Of a DNA stretch of 64,000 nt, positions 44,874-55,876 are shown in pieces. How positions within the stretch are numbered: position 1 is the stretch's first letter; each line of letters starts with the position of its first letter. Location: NCBI GenBank assembly GCA_946965045.2, contig OX337229.1:5952001-6016000 (forward strand), given 5' to 3'. Both the position numbers and the translations under genes were made by a program. The stretch comes from Epithemia pelagica. Its lineage: Eukaryota > Protista > Bacillariophyta. The notes under the pieces were generated by a model that searched no databases, was not told where the DNA came from, and saw nothing but the letters and a program-made list of their open reading frames with translations.

Positions 44874-46715
44874 ATGAAGTGGACGTTGGGAGCCGTATTC
44901 GCCGCCCTCTTGGCTGGCAGTGTTTCGGCCTTTGCGCCGCACACCCCCGTCTCGACCAAGTCCTTCACATCCAACAACAACAACAAGAATGCTTTGGTGA
45001 TGCGTGATTTCCCCAAGCCCAATGTGGAAGACACGGACAATTATCGGTTGTACGAACAATTGTCCAAATCCTTTTCCACCACACTCCAAGCGCCTACGCC
45101 CAACAAGAAAAAGGTGGCCATTATTGGCGGTGGCTTGTCTGGATTGGCCTGTGCCAAGTACTTGGTCGATGCCGGTCACGAACCGACCGTCTACGAGGCT
45201 CGGGATGTTTTGGGGGGCAAGGTTTCGGCCTGGCAAGACGAAGATGGCGATTGGATTGAAACGGGTCTCCACATTTTCTTTGGCGCCTACCCCAATATGA
45301 TGAATTTGTTTAGCGAATTGGGCATTCACGATCGATTGCAATGGAAGGTGCACAAAATGATTTTTGCCATGCAAGAATTGCCGGGCGAATTCACCACTTT
45401 TGACTTTATCCCCGGCATTCCGGCTCCCTTCAACTTTGGGTTGGCCATTTTGCTCAATCAAAAAATGCTGACGCTACAAGAAAAGTTGCAAACGGCGCCG
45501 CCGCTCTTGCCCATGTTGGTCCGCGGCCAAGAGTTTATTGACGAACAAGACGAATTGTCCGTGTTGGATTTTATGCGCAAATACGGCATGCCGGAACGGA
45601 TCAATACCGAAGTCTTTATTTCCATGGCCAAGGCGTTGGATTTTATTGATCCTGACAAATTGAGCATGACCGTGGTCTTGACCGCCATGAACCGCTTCCT
45701 CAATGAAGACAATGGATTGCAAATGGCCTTTTTGGATGGCAATCAGCCCGACCGCCTGTGTGCTCCCATGGTCGAGCACATTGAAGCGCGTGGAGGCAAG
45801 GTCTTGCTCAATTCGCCCATCAAGGAAATTGTCACCAATGACGACGGATCCATTCAACACTTGAAATTGCGGAGTGGCGAGAAGATTGTGGCGGACGAAT
45901 ACGTTTCGGCCATGCCGGTGGACATTGTCAAACGCATGATTCCCAAAAATTGGCAAAGCATGCCGTACTTTCGACAATTTGATGAATTGGAAGGGATTCC
46001 GGTCATTAACTTGCACATGTGGTTTGATCGCAAACTCCAATCGGTCGATCACTTGTGTTTTTCCCGTTCCCCCCTCTTGTCCGTCTATGCCGATATGAGT
46101 ACCACGTGCAAAGAATACGCGGACGATGAAGCGAGCATGTTGGAATTGGTCTTTGCGCCCTGCAGTCCCTTGGCGGGTGGCAACGTGAATTGGATTTCCA
46201 AGAGCGACGAGGAAATTATTGATGCCACCATGGGCGAATTGGCCCGTTTGTTTCCGACGGAAATTGCCGCCGATCCCGCCTGGCCGGCCACGGCCAATCA
46301 AGGTCCGCAGGGACAGGCCAAATTGCGCAAATATGCCGTGGTCAAGGTCCCGCGATCAGTCTATGCCGCCATTCCCGGTCGCAACAAGTACCGGCCCAGT
46401 CAAACGACGCCCATTCCCAATTTGACCATGGCCGGCGATTGGACGTCGCAAAAGTTTTTGGGATCCATGGAGGGAGCCGTCTTGGGTGGTAAATTGGCTG
46501 CCGAAGTGGTGTGCAAAAAAGCCTTGGGATTGGAATTGGACGAAATCAAGGAAATTCAAGCCCATGTCGTCGAGGCGGCGGCCGACCATGTACCCAAGGA
46601 ACCACTGGGAGTCAAGGGTGAAGGTGCCATTGCCTTTGGTGGCGGTGCGACACTGAAAAAGAAGGATGAAACGCTCTTGAGAGAAATTGATCCGAAACAA
46701 TTCGCCGAAGCCTAA
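44874..46715 (+). CDS. PDS: Phytoene desaturase (plant/cyanobacterial type)
   Basis: VSA-FAP presequence, GGGLSGL Rossmann motif, DEDGDWIETGLHIFFGAYPN, AGDWT...SMEGAVL. Confidence 0.97.
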   Translation: MKWTLGAVFAALLAGSVSAFAPHTPVSTKSFTSNNNNKNALVMRDFPKPNVEDTDNYRLYEQLSKSFSTTLQAPTPNKKKVAIIGGGLSGLACAKYLVDAGHEPTVYEARDVLGGKVSAWQDEDGDWIETGLHIFFGAYPNMMNLFSELGIHDRLQWKVHKMIFAMQELPGEFTTFDFIPGIPAPFNFGLAILLNQKMLTLQEKLQTAPPLLPMLVRGQEFIDEQDELSVLDFMRKYGMPERINTEVFISMAKALDFIDPDKLSMTVVLTAMNRFLNEDNGLQMAFLDGNQPDRLCAPMVEHIEARGGKVLLNSPIKEIVTNDDGSIQHLKLRSGEKIVADEYVSAMPVDIVKRMIPKNWQSMPYFRQFDELEGIPVINLHMWFDRKLQSVDHLCFSRSPLLSVYADMSTTCKEYADDEASMLELVFAPCSPLAGGNVNWISKSDEEIIDATMGELARLFPTEIAADPAWPATANQGPQGQAKLRKYAVVKVPRSVYAAIPGRNKYRPSQTTPIPNLTMAGDWTSQKFLGSMEGAVLGGKLAAEVVCKKALGLELDEIKEIQAHVVEAAADHVPKEPLGVKGEGAIAFGGGATLKKKDETLLREIDPKQFAEA

Positions 46716-46875
46716 ACGAGAAACGTCTCTATACGGAACTGAATCATACTCATTAAATAATACTATCCATTCAACCTTGGTCCTCTCTCGAATCAGCAAT
46801 AGGACAGAGTCATACCTAGAAACCACGGCTACTGGATTACGCTATAGCACTATAGATACGTTTGTAGCATGTGTT

Positions 46876-47577
46876 TTATGCCAGTTCGACCGTGGCACCC
46901 ACAGCTTCGAGTTTGGCCTTGAGTTCATTGGCTTGATCGGGTTTTAAATCCTTCTTGACAATTTTGGGCAAGCCTTCGACGAGTTCCTTGGCTTCTTTTA
47001 ATCCCAATCCAGCAATGGACCGAACTTCCTTGATGACCTTGATTTTGGATTTGGCCTCAAACCCCGTCAATTTCAATTCCAGCAATTGGGGTTCGGCTTG
47101 GGCGGATGCTGACGCATCGCTGCTTCCACTGCTTTCGGCATCGGCGGCCGGATCTTCACCGTCCATGATTCGCGTATCGGCTTCGACAATTTTGACAATT
47201 TGTCGTCGATCCTTGTCCGTCAAGTGCCGTCCCATGCGTCGATTCAATTCTTCGACAAACATGCTGGATTGAAAAATGTCGAGCCACAAAATTTTGTGAA
47301 ACAACCGATCCACCTTTTGCACTTGTTCCACCGTTAATTGATGCTGGGCTTCGGTCGTGGCCAAGGGAGGTTTCGGTCGATTCTCATTGTCACTCATTAC
47401 TGGAGGCGACAATGACGAGTCGGTAGGAGTTGTCGTCGTATCCGGAGCTGCGGCGGATGCCGTGCTTTGGAATCGCACATGATGATTCTTCTTCTTATTC
47501 GAATGGCTGTCGTGTCCAGAGGGTCTCGCAGCACCTGCCTTGTTCCATGACGTGGACAAGGGTCGGAGCCGCTTCAT
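46876..47577 (-). CDS. Ribosomal protein L7/L12 family, mitochondrial-type, paralog 1
   Basis: C-terminal [24 protein letters not shown]...LEAVGA. ATG at 47577 preferred to the ORF-track start. Confidence 0.88.
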   Translation of the reverse strand: MKRLRPLSTSWNKAGAARPSGHDSHSNKKKNHHVRFQSTASAAAPDTTTTPTDSSLSPPVMSDNENRPKPPLATTEAQHQLTVEQVQKVDRLFHKILWLDIFQSSMFVEELNRRMGRHLTDKDRRQIVKIVEADTRIMDGEDPAADAESSGSSDASASAQAEPQLLELKLTGFEAKSKIKVIKEVRSIAGLGLKEAKELVEGLPKIVKKDLKPDQANELKAKLEAVGATVELA

Positions 47578-48068
47578 GGCCGTGATGCTGGGTGCACTCC
47601 CATTGGTATGATAGCAATAATTATATGAAGAGCCCCGCAAGACGAATGGGCCCACGTAGCGGCATGGATTGGTACACCGACGAGACAGGGAGTGGTACAC
47701 CATTCTTCTTCTTCCTCTTTCCTTCGTTGCGACACACTAGAGATGATTTGATGGTGGTGCAAGAGGGCAAGACAAAAAAGCGACAGGGAAAAAGATACCA
47801 TCGGTCTGGCCGTCGACCGTCTTTCGGCCATTCCTCACTCCTCACCGCAACAATTGCATTCTGGTTTCTGTCACCCAGTGTCTTTCGCCAGGAAGCAGCA
47901 ACCGAACAACAACAACAAACAACAACATACTCTCTGGAAATCCCAAAACGACAGTTGCCTCTCTCATTTGCTAGATAGTAGAGAACAACAAACGTTCCAA
48001 GAACACACTGTGTGGATTCGGACGCACACAAACGCTCCTATGATCCAAGCGCATCCTCTTTCAGTATC

Positions 48069-49145
48069 ATGAGAACGACACCCCGAATCCATTTGGCTTC
48101 TTCTTCTTCTTCTCCCAGTATGATCCTGGAACAACTCTTACAACCACAACGATCCACCAAACTCCTCGTCTGGTCCCAGAGTCCACAACGGCGACTACTA
48201 CACGTGTCGTCGTCGTTGGGGAAACGAATCATTGGCCACCACGCGACAACCATGAGAGACGCAACAACAACAACCAGAACAGATCATGGCAAACGGTGGT
48301 TTCATTCGTCCTTGCTTCCAAACAACAACCACAACCACCACTCTTTGGTACACACGTTCCGGACAACGGCCCGGCTCCAACAACCACAACAACTATTTCA
48401 ACCATTACGAGCCTTGAGCAGCAGCACCAAACCCCACGAGAAGGAGGAGACCAAGCAAGAGGACGGCGACAACAAAAGCAATCAGGACAACAGCACGGCC
48501 AAGGCCGACGACCAGCCGCGCGAGTATTCCATTCCGGAATTAACAGTCGACGCCGCCAAACACAAGGCGGGAATGATGGATCCGGAACGACCAAGCTTTC
48601 AAAATCCCCTCCATTACGACAATCCCGAGATGCAAGCCGAATTTGAACACGAATACCAGTCCAAGGAGGACTTTGAAGCCAATGTTCAAAAACTTCCACC
48701 CCTGGCCCAAGAGGGCGAACAAGTGCCCATTTATCAAGACGTCAAGGACTTGGTCGATGAATGTTTGCATTTGACCATGTTGGAAATGCACGAATTGACC
48801 AATCGGCTCCAGGATCATTATGGCTTTGATGAATCCGCCTATGAACCGCACCAACAACAGGGAGAGGATGGCGGTCCCGAGGAGGAGGATGACGACGACG
48901 AAAGTGGCAGTGGCGGAGCGGCGACTACCAAGACGGCCTTTGATATCAAACTTGTGAGTTTTGATGCCAAATCCAAAATCAAACTCATCAAGGAAGTGCG
49001 AGGCTTGGCGGGCTTGGGGTTGAAAGAAGCCAAGGAACTGGTCGATACGGTTCCATCCATAATACAAAAAGATGTCAAACAGGAAAGGGCGGAGGAACTC
49101 AAGGCCAAGTTGGAAGAATTGGGGGCCACGATTGAAATTGAATAA
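48069..49145 (+). CDS. Ribosomal protein L7/L12 family, mitochondrial-type, paralog 2 (long N-terminal extension)
   Basis: LTMLEMHEL N-domain and [25 protein letters not shown]-domain. Confidence 0.88.
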   Translation: MRTTPRIHLASSSSSPSMILEQLLQPQRSTKLLVWSQSPQRRLLHVSSSLGKRIIGHHATTMRDATTTTRTDHGKRWFHSSLLPNNNHNHHSLVHTFRTTARLQQPQQLFQPLRALSSSTKPHEKEETKQEDGDNKSNQDNSTAKADDQPREYSIPELTVDAAKHKAGMMDPERPSFQNPLHYDNPEMQAEFEHEYQSKEDFEANVQKLPPLAQEGEQVPIYQDVKDLVDECLHLTMLEMHELTNRLQDHYGFDESAYEPHQQQGEDGGPEEEDDDDESGSGGAATTKTAFDIKLVSFDAKSKIKLIKEVRGLAGLGLKEAKELVDTVPSIIQKDVKQERAEELKAKLEELGATIEIE

Positions 49146-49685
49146 GAACGTCCACACAACCAAAGCACACAACAACAACAACAACAACAACAAGTACAAA
49201 AATACGAGACAAAAACCATCACCACACGCACACAAACACAACACACGAACCATGGCACCCGTAGGAGACACAGCGCACATTGCAGCTACAAAAACACGTT
49301 ACAAATCATACTCTATATAGCCACATTCCAACACTCTTTGTTCCAGTCGTTATTCTCTCCCTTAGGCTTCTACCTAGATATCATTGGAGAGGTTTCTTTC
49401 CTAGAACGCTTCTGGCTCCGGAAAGAGAGTACCAAAAGGTACAAGACAAAACAACAGCACAAGCCAAGCTTCGGGGCATAGGCAGCTTGAGTGAGGATAG
49501 GTTAGGTTAGGTAGCTCCTTCCGGTCACGGATAGCCGTGACTCGCGACAGAAAAGATCCCTTTACAACTTACAACCACCGAACACCGAACGTGAAGAGAC
49601 GGACTGCCACAACAGAGCTTGAGTGATCGCGTACTCAACGATTGACTATCAGTATTTATTTATTCATTCATTTCATACATTCATT

Positions 49686-50318
49686 ATGAGACGGAACCTC
49701 TGGTCCAGTCTGTGCACTCCTACTAGCAACAGGGCCGCCATGATGCAACGACGGTCGAATCGAATGGTGAGAGCCGTACAACTTCTGCCGAGTAGTCGCA
49801 GTCGAGTGGTACTGGGTGGTAGTTGTTGTGACTATTCCACCACCACTTGGTTGGGAGCATCCTCGTCGTCATCGACCGAATCGGATCCCTTTGTCCATCC
49901 CAAAGCTCAAGAGTTGTTTCATCGCATTACCGAACGATTATCGGCCGAAGAATATCACAGCATGCGACAATACATGCTAGACCGGTTGGGTGTCCAGAAT
50001 CATTCCCCCGTTCCCTTTTGGCGCAAACGTGGCAAACGCGGAGGAACAGCTGCAGGTGGTGGTGGCGGGGACGAAGTGGATGCCGCTGCGGCCGCACCCG
50101 AAAAGACGGCCTTTGATGTCACCTTGACCAGTTTTGATGCCAAGGCCAAGATTAAAATCATCAAGGAAATTCGAGGGATTGCCGATTTGGGTTTGAAAGA
50201 AGCTAAGGAATTGGTGGATGCGGCTCCCAAAATTATCAAAAAGGATTTGAAAAAAGAACAAGCCGAAGAAATCAAGGCGAAATTGGAAGCCTTGGGGGCC
50301 CAAATTGATATTGCCTAA
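49686..50318 (+). CDS. Ribosomal protein L7/L12 family, mitochondrial-type, paralog 3
   Basis: EKTAFDVTL...[24 protein letters not shown]. Confidence 0.88.
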   Translation: MRRNLWSSLCTPTSNRAAMMQRRSNRMVRAVQLLPSSRSRVVLGGSCCDYSTTTWLGASSSSSTESDPFVHPKAQELFHRITERLSAEEYHSMRQYMLDRLGVQNHSPVPFWRKRGKRGGTAAGGGGGDEVDAAAAAPEKTAFDVTLTSFDAKAKIKIIKEIRGIADLGLKEAKELVDAAPKIIKKDLKKEQAEEIKAKLEALGAQIDIA

Positions 50319-50817
50319 GAGTGTAATAGTATATACTATAGGTAGTAGTAAAGGGCGAACCATGCAACGTGGCTTAGTGTTTTGGATAGAATGGGAGATG
50401 TGTTTCAAGCAGAGAGTGCCGTCTTTTACACCCTCTACCTCTTTAGGGAGATGTGAATCCTACAGATTGAGAACGAGCAGATTGTGTGTCTTTGTGCACG
50501 GTTGGAGTACCAGTATCTCTGTGCAAATGTAGTTCCGAGAAAATCTCCAGTCTCCTTCTCGACAATAACTGAGATTGTTTCTCCTGACACTTCACTACGG
50601 TATGAATAGAGAGCATAGATATCCATGATACTGTGGTCCCCTATTGTAGGTTGGCAGATGGAACGATTGCAATCCTTGCAATGCTCTGTGAATGCAAAAG
50701 GACTCTTTTCGTAACATACATACACATACACCTACTATAGCACTCCTATGAGTAGTAGGTGGACCGTGTTTCTCGATTTCGAGAGGGCATGAATTGTCTA
50801 ATAGTAGTAGTGTTTTA

Positions 50818-52170
50818 TCATCCATTGGTTTCTTCCAAACTCAGTCCTTCTTGTCCCAAGCTTTTCATTTGAATGGATCCATTGACCATCCAGGCATCAT
50901 CATCATTGTCATGGTCATTGTCGTCGTTGTAATACTCGTCATCGTCTGGTTCGTCCTCGTCGTCAAAGGCTCGATCGGCATCGCGGGCCGCCACTTGTCG
51001 ATATTCGCCCCGTACGGCCGTCAGGGCCCGTCGGTGTCGTTGTTGTCGAATGGCATACAAGCCATAGAGGGACAGGAGTACGACCAACCACGACACGGGA
51101 TGCTCCCACACCGAGTATCCGACATGACAGGGAAGTTGCAGCGATTTGCTCCAATTCGTGCAACGACTACTCTTGGTAGTCGATGGTGGTATCTTTTTCG
51201 TGTGGTTGGTCGGATCCGTATGGGGTGGACCACCGGCAGTGGTAATGACATAGGGGGGTTGCGACGTGAGGGGTTGTTGGGAATACAGGGGGGTTGGTGC
51301 ACCTACCACCAAGGATGAGGATGGTCCTCCTCCTCCATTGTCCCCCCATGGCACGGAGGGAGCTCGGGTCGGTGCCGGGACTCCCAATGAAGACGAAGAA
51401 TCTGGAGAAAAAGAAGAAACGGGACCACCACCACTGAAACCAGATTCGGGAAGGTCATTGCCGGTAGTAGTACCAGGACCGTCCAAAGGAGGAGGAGGAA
51501 TACTGGCCGATTGAACTGGCACGGGTCCTCCTCCTTCCCCTCCTGGTCCTGGAGGAATGGTACCAGTACCAGTAGTACCAGGACCAGTAGTTGTCGTGGT
51601 GGTGGTGGTTGGAGGAGGAGGAGGTGAATGGAATGCCTCCCATTCTCCACCCCCATTGGCAGGACCGCCACTCAAGGAGGAGGAGGATACGGATACTACG
51701 GGAATGACATGGGAACTGCCAGTGCCGTATGACGCATTGGGAGCCGCATGAACCTGAACGGGATCTCCCACGACAGTGGTAGTCGTGGCAGTAGTCGTTG
51801 TGGCTGGAGTGGACGGGTCGGGATTGCCACCAACCGTATTGGTGGTGGGGAGTATGGGTGGCGTCAACAAGACATTTTGCAAGGTTTCGGGAGACACATT
51901 GGTATTCGTATTGGGACTGTTTGGATTGGAAAACGATGTGTACGGATTGGGCGCGCCATTCGTGTCTTGTGGATACTGTGAAGGTGGTTGTGGATTGGAC
52001 AGTGGTTCTTGTTGTGGTGGTTCTTCTTCTTGTCGTCGCTGTCGTCGTTCAACAAGGCTTGGTTTTGGTATCAAAGAGTCTCCCTCTTGTGGTGAAGGAT
52101 GAGACAACTTTCCTCGACGCACCTTTCCTTGTGCTCGTCTCGGTGTCGTTCCGTCCCATGATACGGTCAT
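50818..52170 (-). CDS. Pro/Thr/Gly-rich single-pass membrane protein of unknown function
   Basis: 450-aa ORF, low complexity, TM segment WLVVLLSLYGLYAI followed by a basic stop-transfer and a GEYRQV motif. Confidence 0.6.
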   Translation of the reverse strand: MTVSWDGTTPRRAQGKVRRGKLSHPSPQEGDSLIPKPSLVERRQRRQEEEPPQQEPLSNPQPPSQYPQDTNGAPNPYTSFSNPNSPNTNTNVSPETLQNVLLTPPILPTTNTVGGNPDPSTPATTTTATTTTVVGDPVQVHAAPNASYGTGSSHVIPVVSVSSSSLSGGPANGGGEWEAFHSPPPPPTTTTTTTTGPGTTGTGTIPPGPGGEGGGPVPVQSASIPPPPLDGPGTTTGNDLPESGFSGGGPVSSFSPDSSSSLGVPAPTRAPSVPWGDNGGGGPSSSLVVGAPTPLYSQQPLTSQPPYVITTAGGPPHTDPTNHTKKIPPSTTKSSRCTNWSKSLQLPCHVGYSVWEHPVSWLVVLLSLYGLYAIRQQRHRRALTAVRGEYRQVAARDADRAFDDEDEPDDDEYYNDDNDHDNDDDAWMVNGSIQMKSLGQEGLSLEETNG

Positions 52171-52963
52171 TCTTGTGTGTTGTTAGGGTGTTGAGATTCT
52201 CTCTCCTCGACCTGTCGTTTGTGGTTGTTGTTGTTTGCACCCACACAACAAGCCCCTCCTAGTGAGAATACAGCAATAGCAACAACAACAACAACAAGCA
52301 GCAGCAGCACAACGATTGCGTCCTCTCAACGTCGTTCTTGGAGTTTGTTTGGATCGTGTAAAAATATCTTGGCAAACGGACGAGATCGATGACTCCAGAG
52401 CGAGCGATCTAAGAGCGACTAAGTATCTGTCCTCGCGAGAAGAGGTGCGCGCCGCGCGTCGTACTACGCGCACGTCGGACAGGTGTCGTGCCGGTGAGAG
52501 TCGCCCGTCACGCTCCATAAATCGCGCGGATTTAGTCGCGTGTCATCCGCGGACACTCGCGGAGGCTTCTCGCTGCTGACATCACCCCGAGATGTCGAAG
52601 AGATACCATCCACCACATGGCGGCTACCTCAGCATGACGTCGTCGTTTCTCATTCCAATGCGGCTCTCCTCCGAATTCAAACGAGTCTGGACCAACAAGA
52701 GGAACCGACGCCAGCTGCCGTCCTTGTCTCCAGCGAGGAGGAACACATCAGCACATGGACATTCGACATGGCTGTTGGGGCCAACGTGTTTGTATGTGTC
52801 TGTCACGAGAAAACCTCTCCTTTGATGGCTGAATCTCCTACGTACGCGCCAATTCATGTGTTTAGTTCTGTCATCTCGTCGTTCGATTTGGGACCATCAG
52901 TAGTGGACACACTGGAACCGAATATTGGCACCACAAGACGACAACGACGGAGTAAGAAACACG

Positions 52964-53827
52964 ATGATGATGATGAAGAACACTACTTGGTTGCCCTTGA
53001 TGATCTGTCTCTTGCAGCTGTTCAATGCGGCGAGCGGTTTAATGACGCCGGATCGACGCATGGGACCTCGACGACCCATGAGGAATGACGACATGGATCG
53101 ACGAGAATTTCGGGAACCCCAGTATTACAATGAACCACGCAGCCGTACCATGTACGACGACTACCACATGGATTATGACCAGCAGGTTCCTCCCCCCAGC
53201 AGGCGCCGGACTCTGGCCACACCCGCACCACCACCCCCAGGACCGCGCGTTGGTGGTGGCGGCATGACGCCGTCGTACCAAACGCGTCGCGCTGGCGGCT
53301 ATAATAAGGATTCCAACGATGCCGCCATTCGCGATCTCTTTTATCTCTGGAACGACGCTCTGGCCACCTTGGATCCCGACGAGGTGGCCTCTCGCTACTC
53401 GCGACGGGCCATTTTGTTGGCGACTGTTTCCGATATTCCCCGGACCGACTACAATAGCATTCGGGCCTACTTTGTCGACTTTTTGAAAAAGGAGCCGCAA
53501 GGGGTGATTTTGCAATCCAGTGTCAGTCACGGCGATGGCTGGTGTTTGGATTGTGGCATTTACGAATTCACCATGGGCGCGACGGGTGACAAGGTTCGAG
53601 CGCGATACTCCTTTTTGTACACCTTGGAAGACGGCGAATGGAAGATTTCGCATCATCACTCCTCCACCATGCCCGAGGCCAGCAGTGGAAGTGACCACAA
53701 GAAGACGCAACCAGCCCCTCGAGCTCTACCACCCTCGTACCCACGAGACTCTTATCCTCGAGACTCTTACCCACGAGAATCTTATCCTCGAGAATCCTAC
53801 CCAAGGGAATCCTACTACTCCTATTAA
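52964..53827 (+). CDS. Iota-class carbonic anhydrase-like protein (single CaMKII-association/COG4875-type domain)
   Basis: LFYLWNDAL...Y...A.LLATVSD...YF..FL...PQG...ARYSF.Y...GEWKISHHHSSTMPE. The HHHSS motif is characteristic of LCIP63-type iota-CA. N-terminal signal peptide. Confidence 0.78.
   Translation: MMMMKNTTWLPLMICLLQLFNAASGLMTPDRRMGPRRPMRNDDMDRREFREPQYYNEPRSRTMYDDYHMDYDQQVPPPSRRRTLATPAPPPPGPRVGGGGMTPSYQTRRAGGYNKDSNDAAIRDLFYLWNDALATLDPDEVASRYSRRAILLATVSDIPRTDYNSIRAYFVDFLKKEPQGVILQSSVSHGDGWCLDCGIYEFTMGATGDKVRARYSFLYTLEDGEWKISHHHSSTMPEASSGSDHKKTQPAPRALPPSYPRDSYPRDSYPRESYPRESYPRESYYSY
53738..53812 (+). repeat. Coding 15-bp repeat x5 (YPRDS/YPRES)
   Basis: Read directly from sequence and translation. 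Confidence 0.9.
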
Positions 53828-55051
53828 CCAAGAGGTGTTGTTGGAGAAATGCACACCGTCTTTGGCAACCCGAGACTTGCGCGGTTACCAGCTATTCGTG
53901 TTGGAGCAAAACTTGTAGGAGATGTTTTGTGGCAAGACTCCTACCACGCTTGTAATGCGTGGGCAAAGTGTCGATCCCAAGCTCCCAGACGACCAAGGCG
54001 AGGTAGACGAACGACTAGGATGATATTTAGAAAGAGATTGGGGCGTGTTTCGGGCCAACTAGGAAAAGTGAGACCCCTTCATTAAAAAAGAACATTATAC
54101 ATTTTGCGGAATCTCTCAACTGTCAATGAGGGTTTCGGGTGGTTGATTTGTTTGAGGATTCTAGGTAGTCATGACGTTTTACATCTTGGTCTTTTTTCTC
54201 TGGTGACTTTTGGCTGTGGAGGTCTGGAGAGAAAGACCATTGTTTCTTCTTCGTTTCTGGGTCTAAATGGAGTGCATCTGAGAAGCAAACCAAGAGGGCG
54301 CCGTACTGTCGATGCTACGTGATTATTTGTGTTGCCGCCAAGCGTCCATCCTCTCACACTATTGTGTTGTTCCAGTGTTGCACACCCAAAGCGTAACAAG
54401 GGATCAACAATGTCGGTCTACCACAGTGTGTGTGTGTGTCTCGTTTCTAGACAGTCTCTCTCTTCATTCCATCAGCATTCATGGAGCATTCAGGACAGTT
54501 CTCTTCTACTACTCTACCTGTAGAACCACGAACGAACTAGAGATCCACAGAAACATTCCTTTCTGTCCACGGATAACATCAAGTTATGACAAGAGTATTA
54601 ATCGGTTTACCAGATTAAGGGATTCAAGACCAGCAACCGGTTGTTTCTTCTTCTTCTTCTTCTTCTTCCAGAGTGGAGGTATACGGTGCTCCCAATTTCG
54701 AGGCTGCGGCCTCATGGCAAAAGTGTTCTCTGTGTACCAGACAGTGTTGTTGTTGGGATCCAAGTAAGGCAGGGTGGGGTCACTTTGGTCCACAAGTTGC
54801 TTCGTGACTTCTTCTTTGTACGAACATCAAAGACGAAGTCGTTTCCACCCACTTGGTGCGACGACGACACCAAGTCCATGTTCGAGTCCTGAGGGCGAGG
54901 AGTACAACATGAGAGAATCTGTACATCATGCCTTCTTCTTGTGGAGAATGGCGGAAAAGAGACAATCCGGACAGGCCCCGACCACCAATTTCGCCTTTGA
55001 CAACGTCCGCAACGCTTTCAATCGTTTCGTTCCAAGTGTCCCCTTTCTCCG

Positions 55052-55144
55052 AAGCTTCCGCCGACGCAGTTTGAACACTGGTGAGCATCAACAACGTTCG
55101 GCCATTGATGCTCACCAGTGTTCAAACTGCTTCGGCGGAAGCTT
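55052..55144. other. Near-perfect fold-back: 40-bp arms, 13-nt loop
   Basis: 55052-55091 versus the reverse complement of 55105-55144: 39/40 identical. Confidence 0.9.
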
Positions 55145-55358
55145 GGCAGGGAAAGCAGGCGGCACCTCCTAGCTCCAGTCATGAGGACGACGACGAATAC
55201 AAACGGTACAGACTTAAATCGGCACCATTCGTTGTTGTGGTTATTGTTGATGAGGATGGAGGAGGAGAAGAGACATTATGTGGTCATTACGACCACACCA
55301 CACACGCAAACAGGACGTCAGGAATGAAGATGCATACACCCACAGTCTCTGCAAGGTC

Positions 55359-55436
55359 CTTGCACTTTCGTGTGTATCTAAGTCATCAACAACCAAATTT
55401 TGTTGTGGATGATGATAATACACATGACAGTGCAAG
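55359..55436. other. Imperfect fold-back: 35-bp arms, 8-nt loop
   Basis: 27/35 Watson-Crick pairs, plus two G-U pairs on the plus strand. Confidence 0.7.
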
Positions 55437-55758
55437 AGCGATACGACAAACTGTAGTTGTTCGCAATGGACCTCTACCAGACCCTCCCACAATAGTCAAC
55501 AGGTTTTCGGTAACATTCTTGAATGTCAAGTCCCAAATTCCAAATTCCAAATTCCAAATAGTAAGGAGGTATTCGGTAATTCTTGAGAATGTAAATTGCC
55601 AAATGGTCCCAATGGGATACACGATTTGGTCTGTACGTCGCTCTTTTGAAATGTGAGACCCCCAAATATGAGAGTCTGAAGGAAGGGGGGAAACATCTTG
55701 GAGACCATTTTTGGGGGGGGAACGAGTTTCTCGTCCCACACACACACACCACCATGGC

Positions 55759-55869
55759 TGTCCCCCCGCTCCATGATTCCGAGAGTAATGGCGCCAGGGC
55801 AGTCGGTCGACCGTACCCTAGCGGGTAGGCGCGGCAGCTGGAAGAATAGACTATTTCCTTTTTTTTTTC
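55759..55869 (+). mobile_element. 5'-truncated copy of the SINE-like element at the PRP6 start codon
   Basis: Matches the SINE 3' end (43/45 nt, then 20/20 nt), has a T-rich tail, and is flanked by the 12-bp direct repeat CACCACCATGGC (55747-55758, 55870-55881). Confidence 0.8.
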
Positions 55870-55876
55870 CACCACC

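Noticed and set aside
54584-55115. Possible spliced or decayed minus-strand gene
   Set aside because: Short protein-like stretches in different frames, but no coherent model or recognisable motif.
55530-55560. Short (CCAAATT)n repeat
   Set aside because: Only three to four units and no evidence of function.
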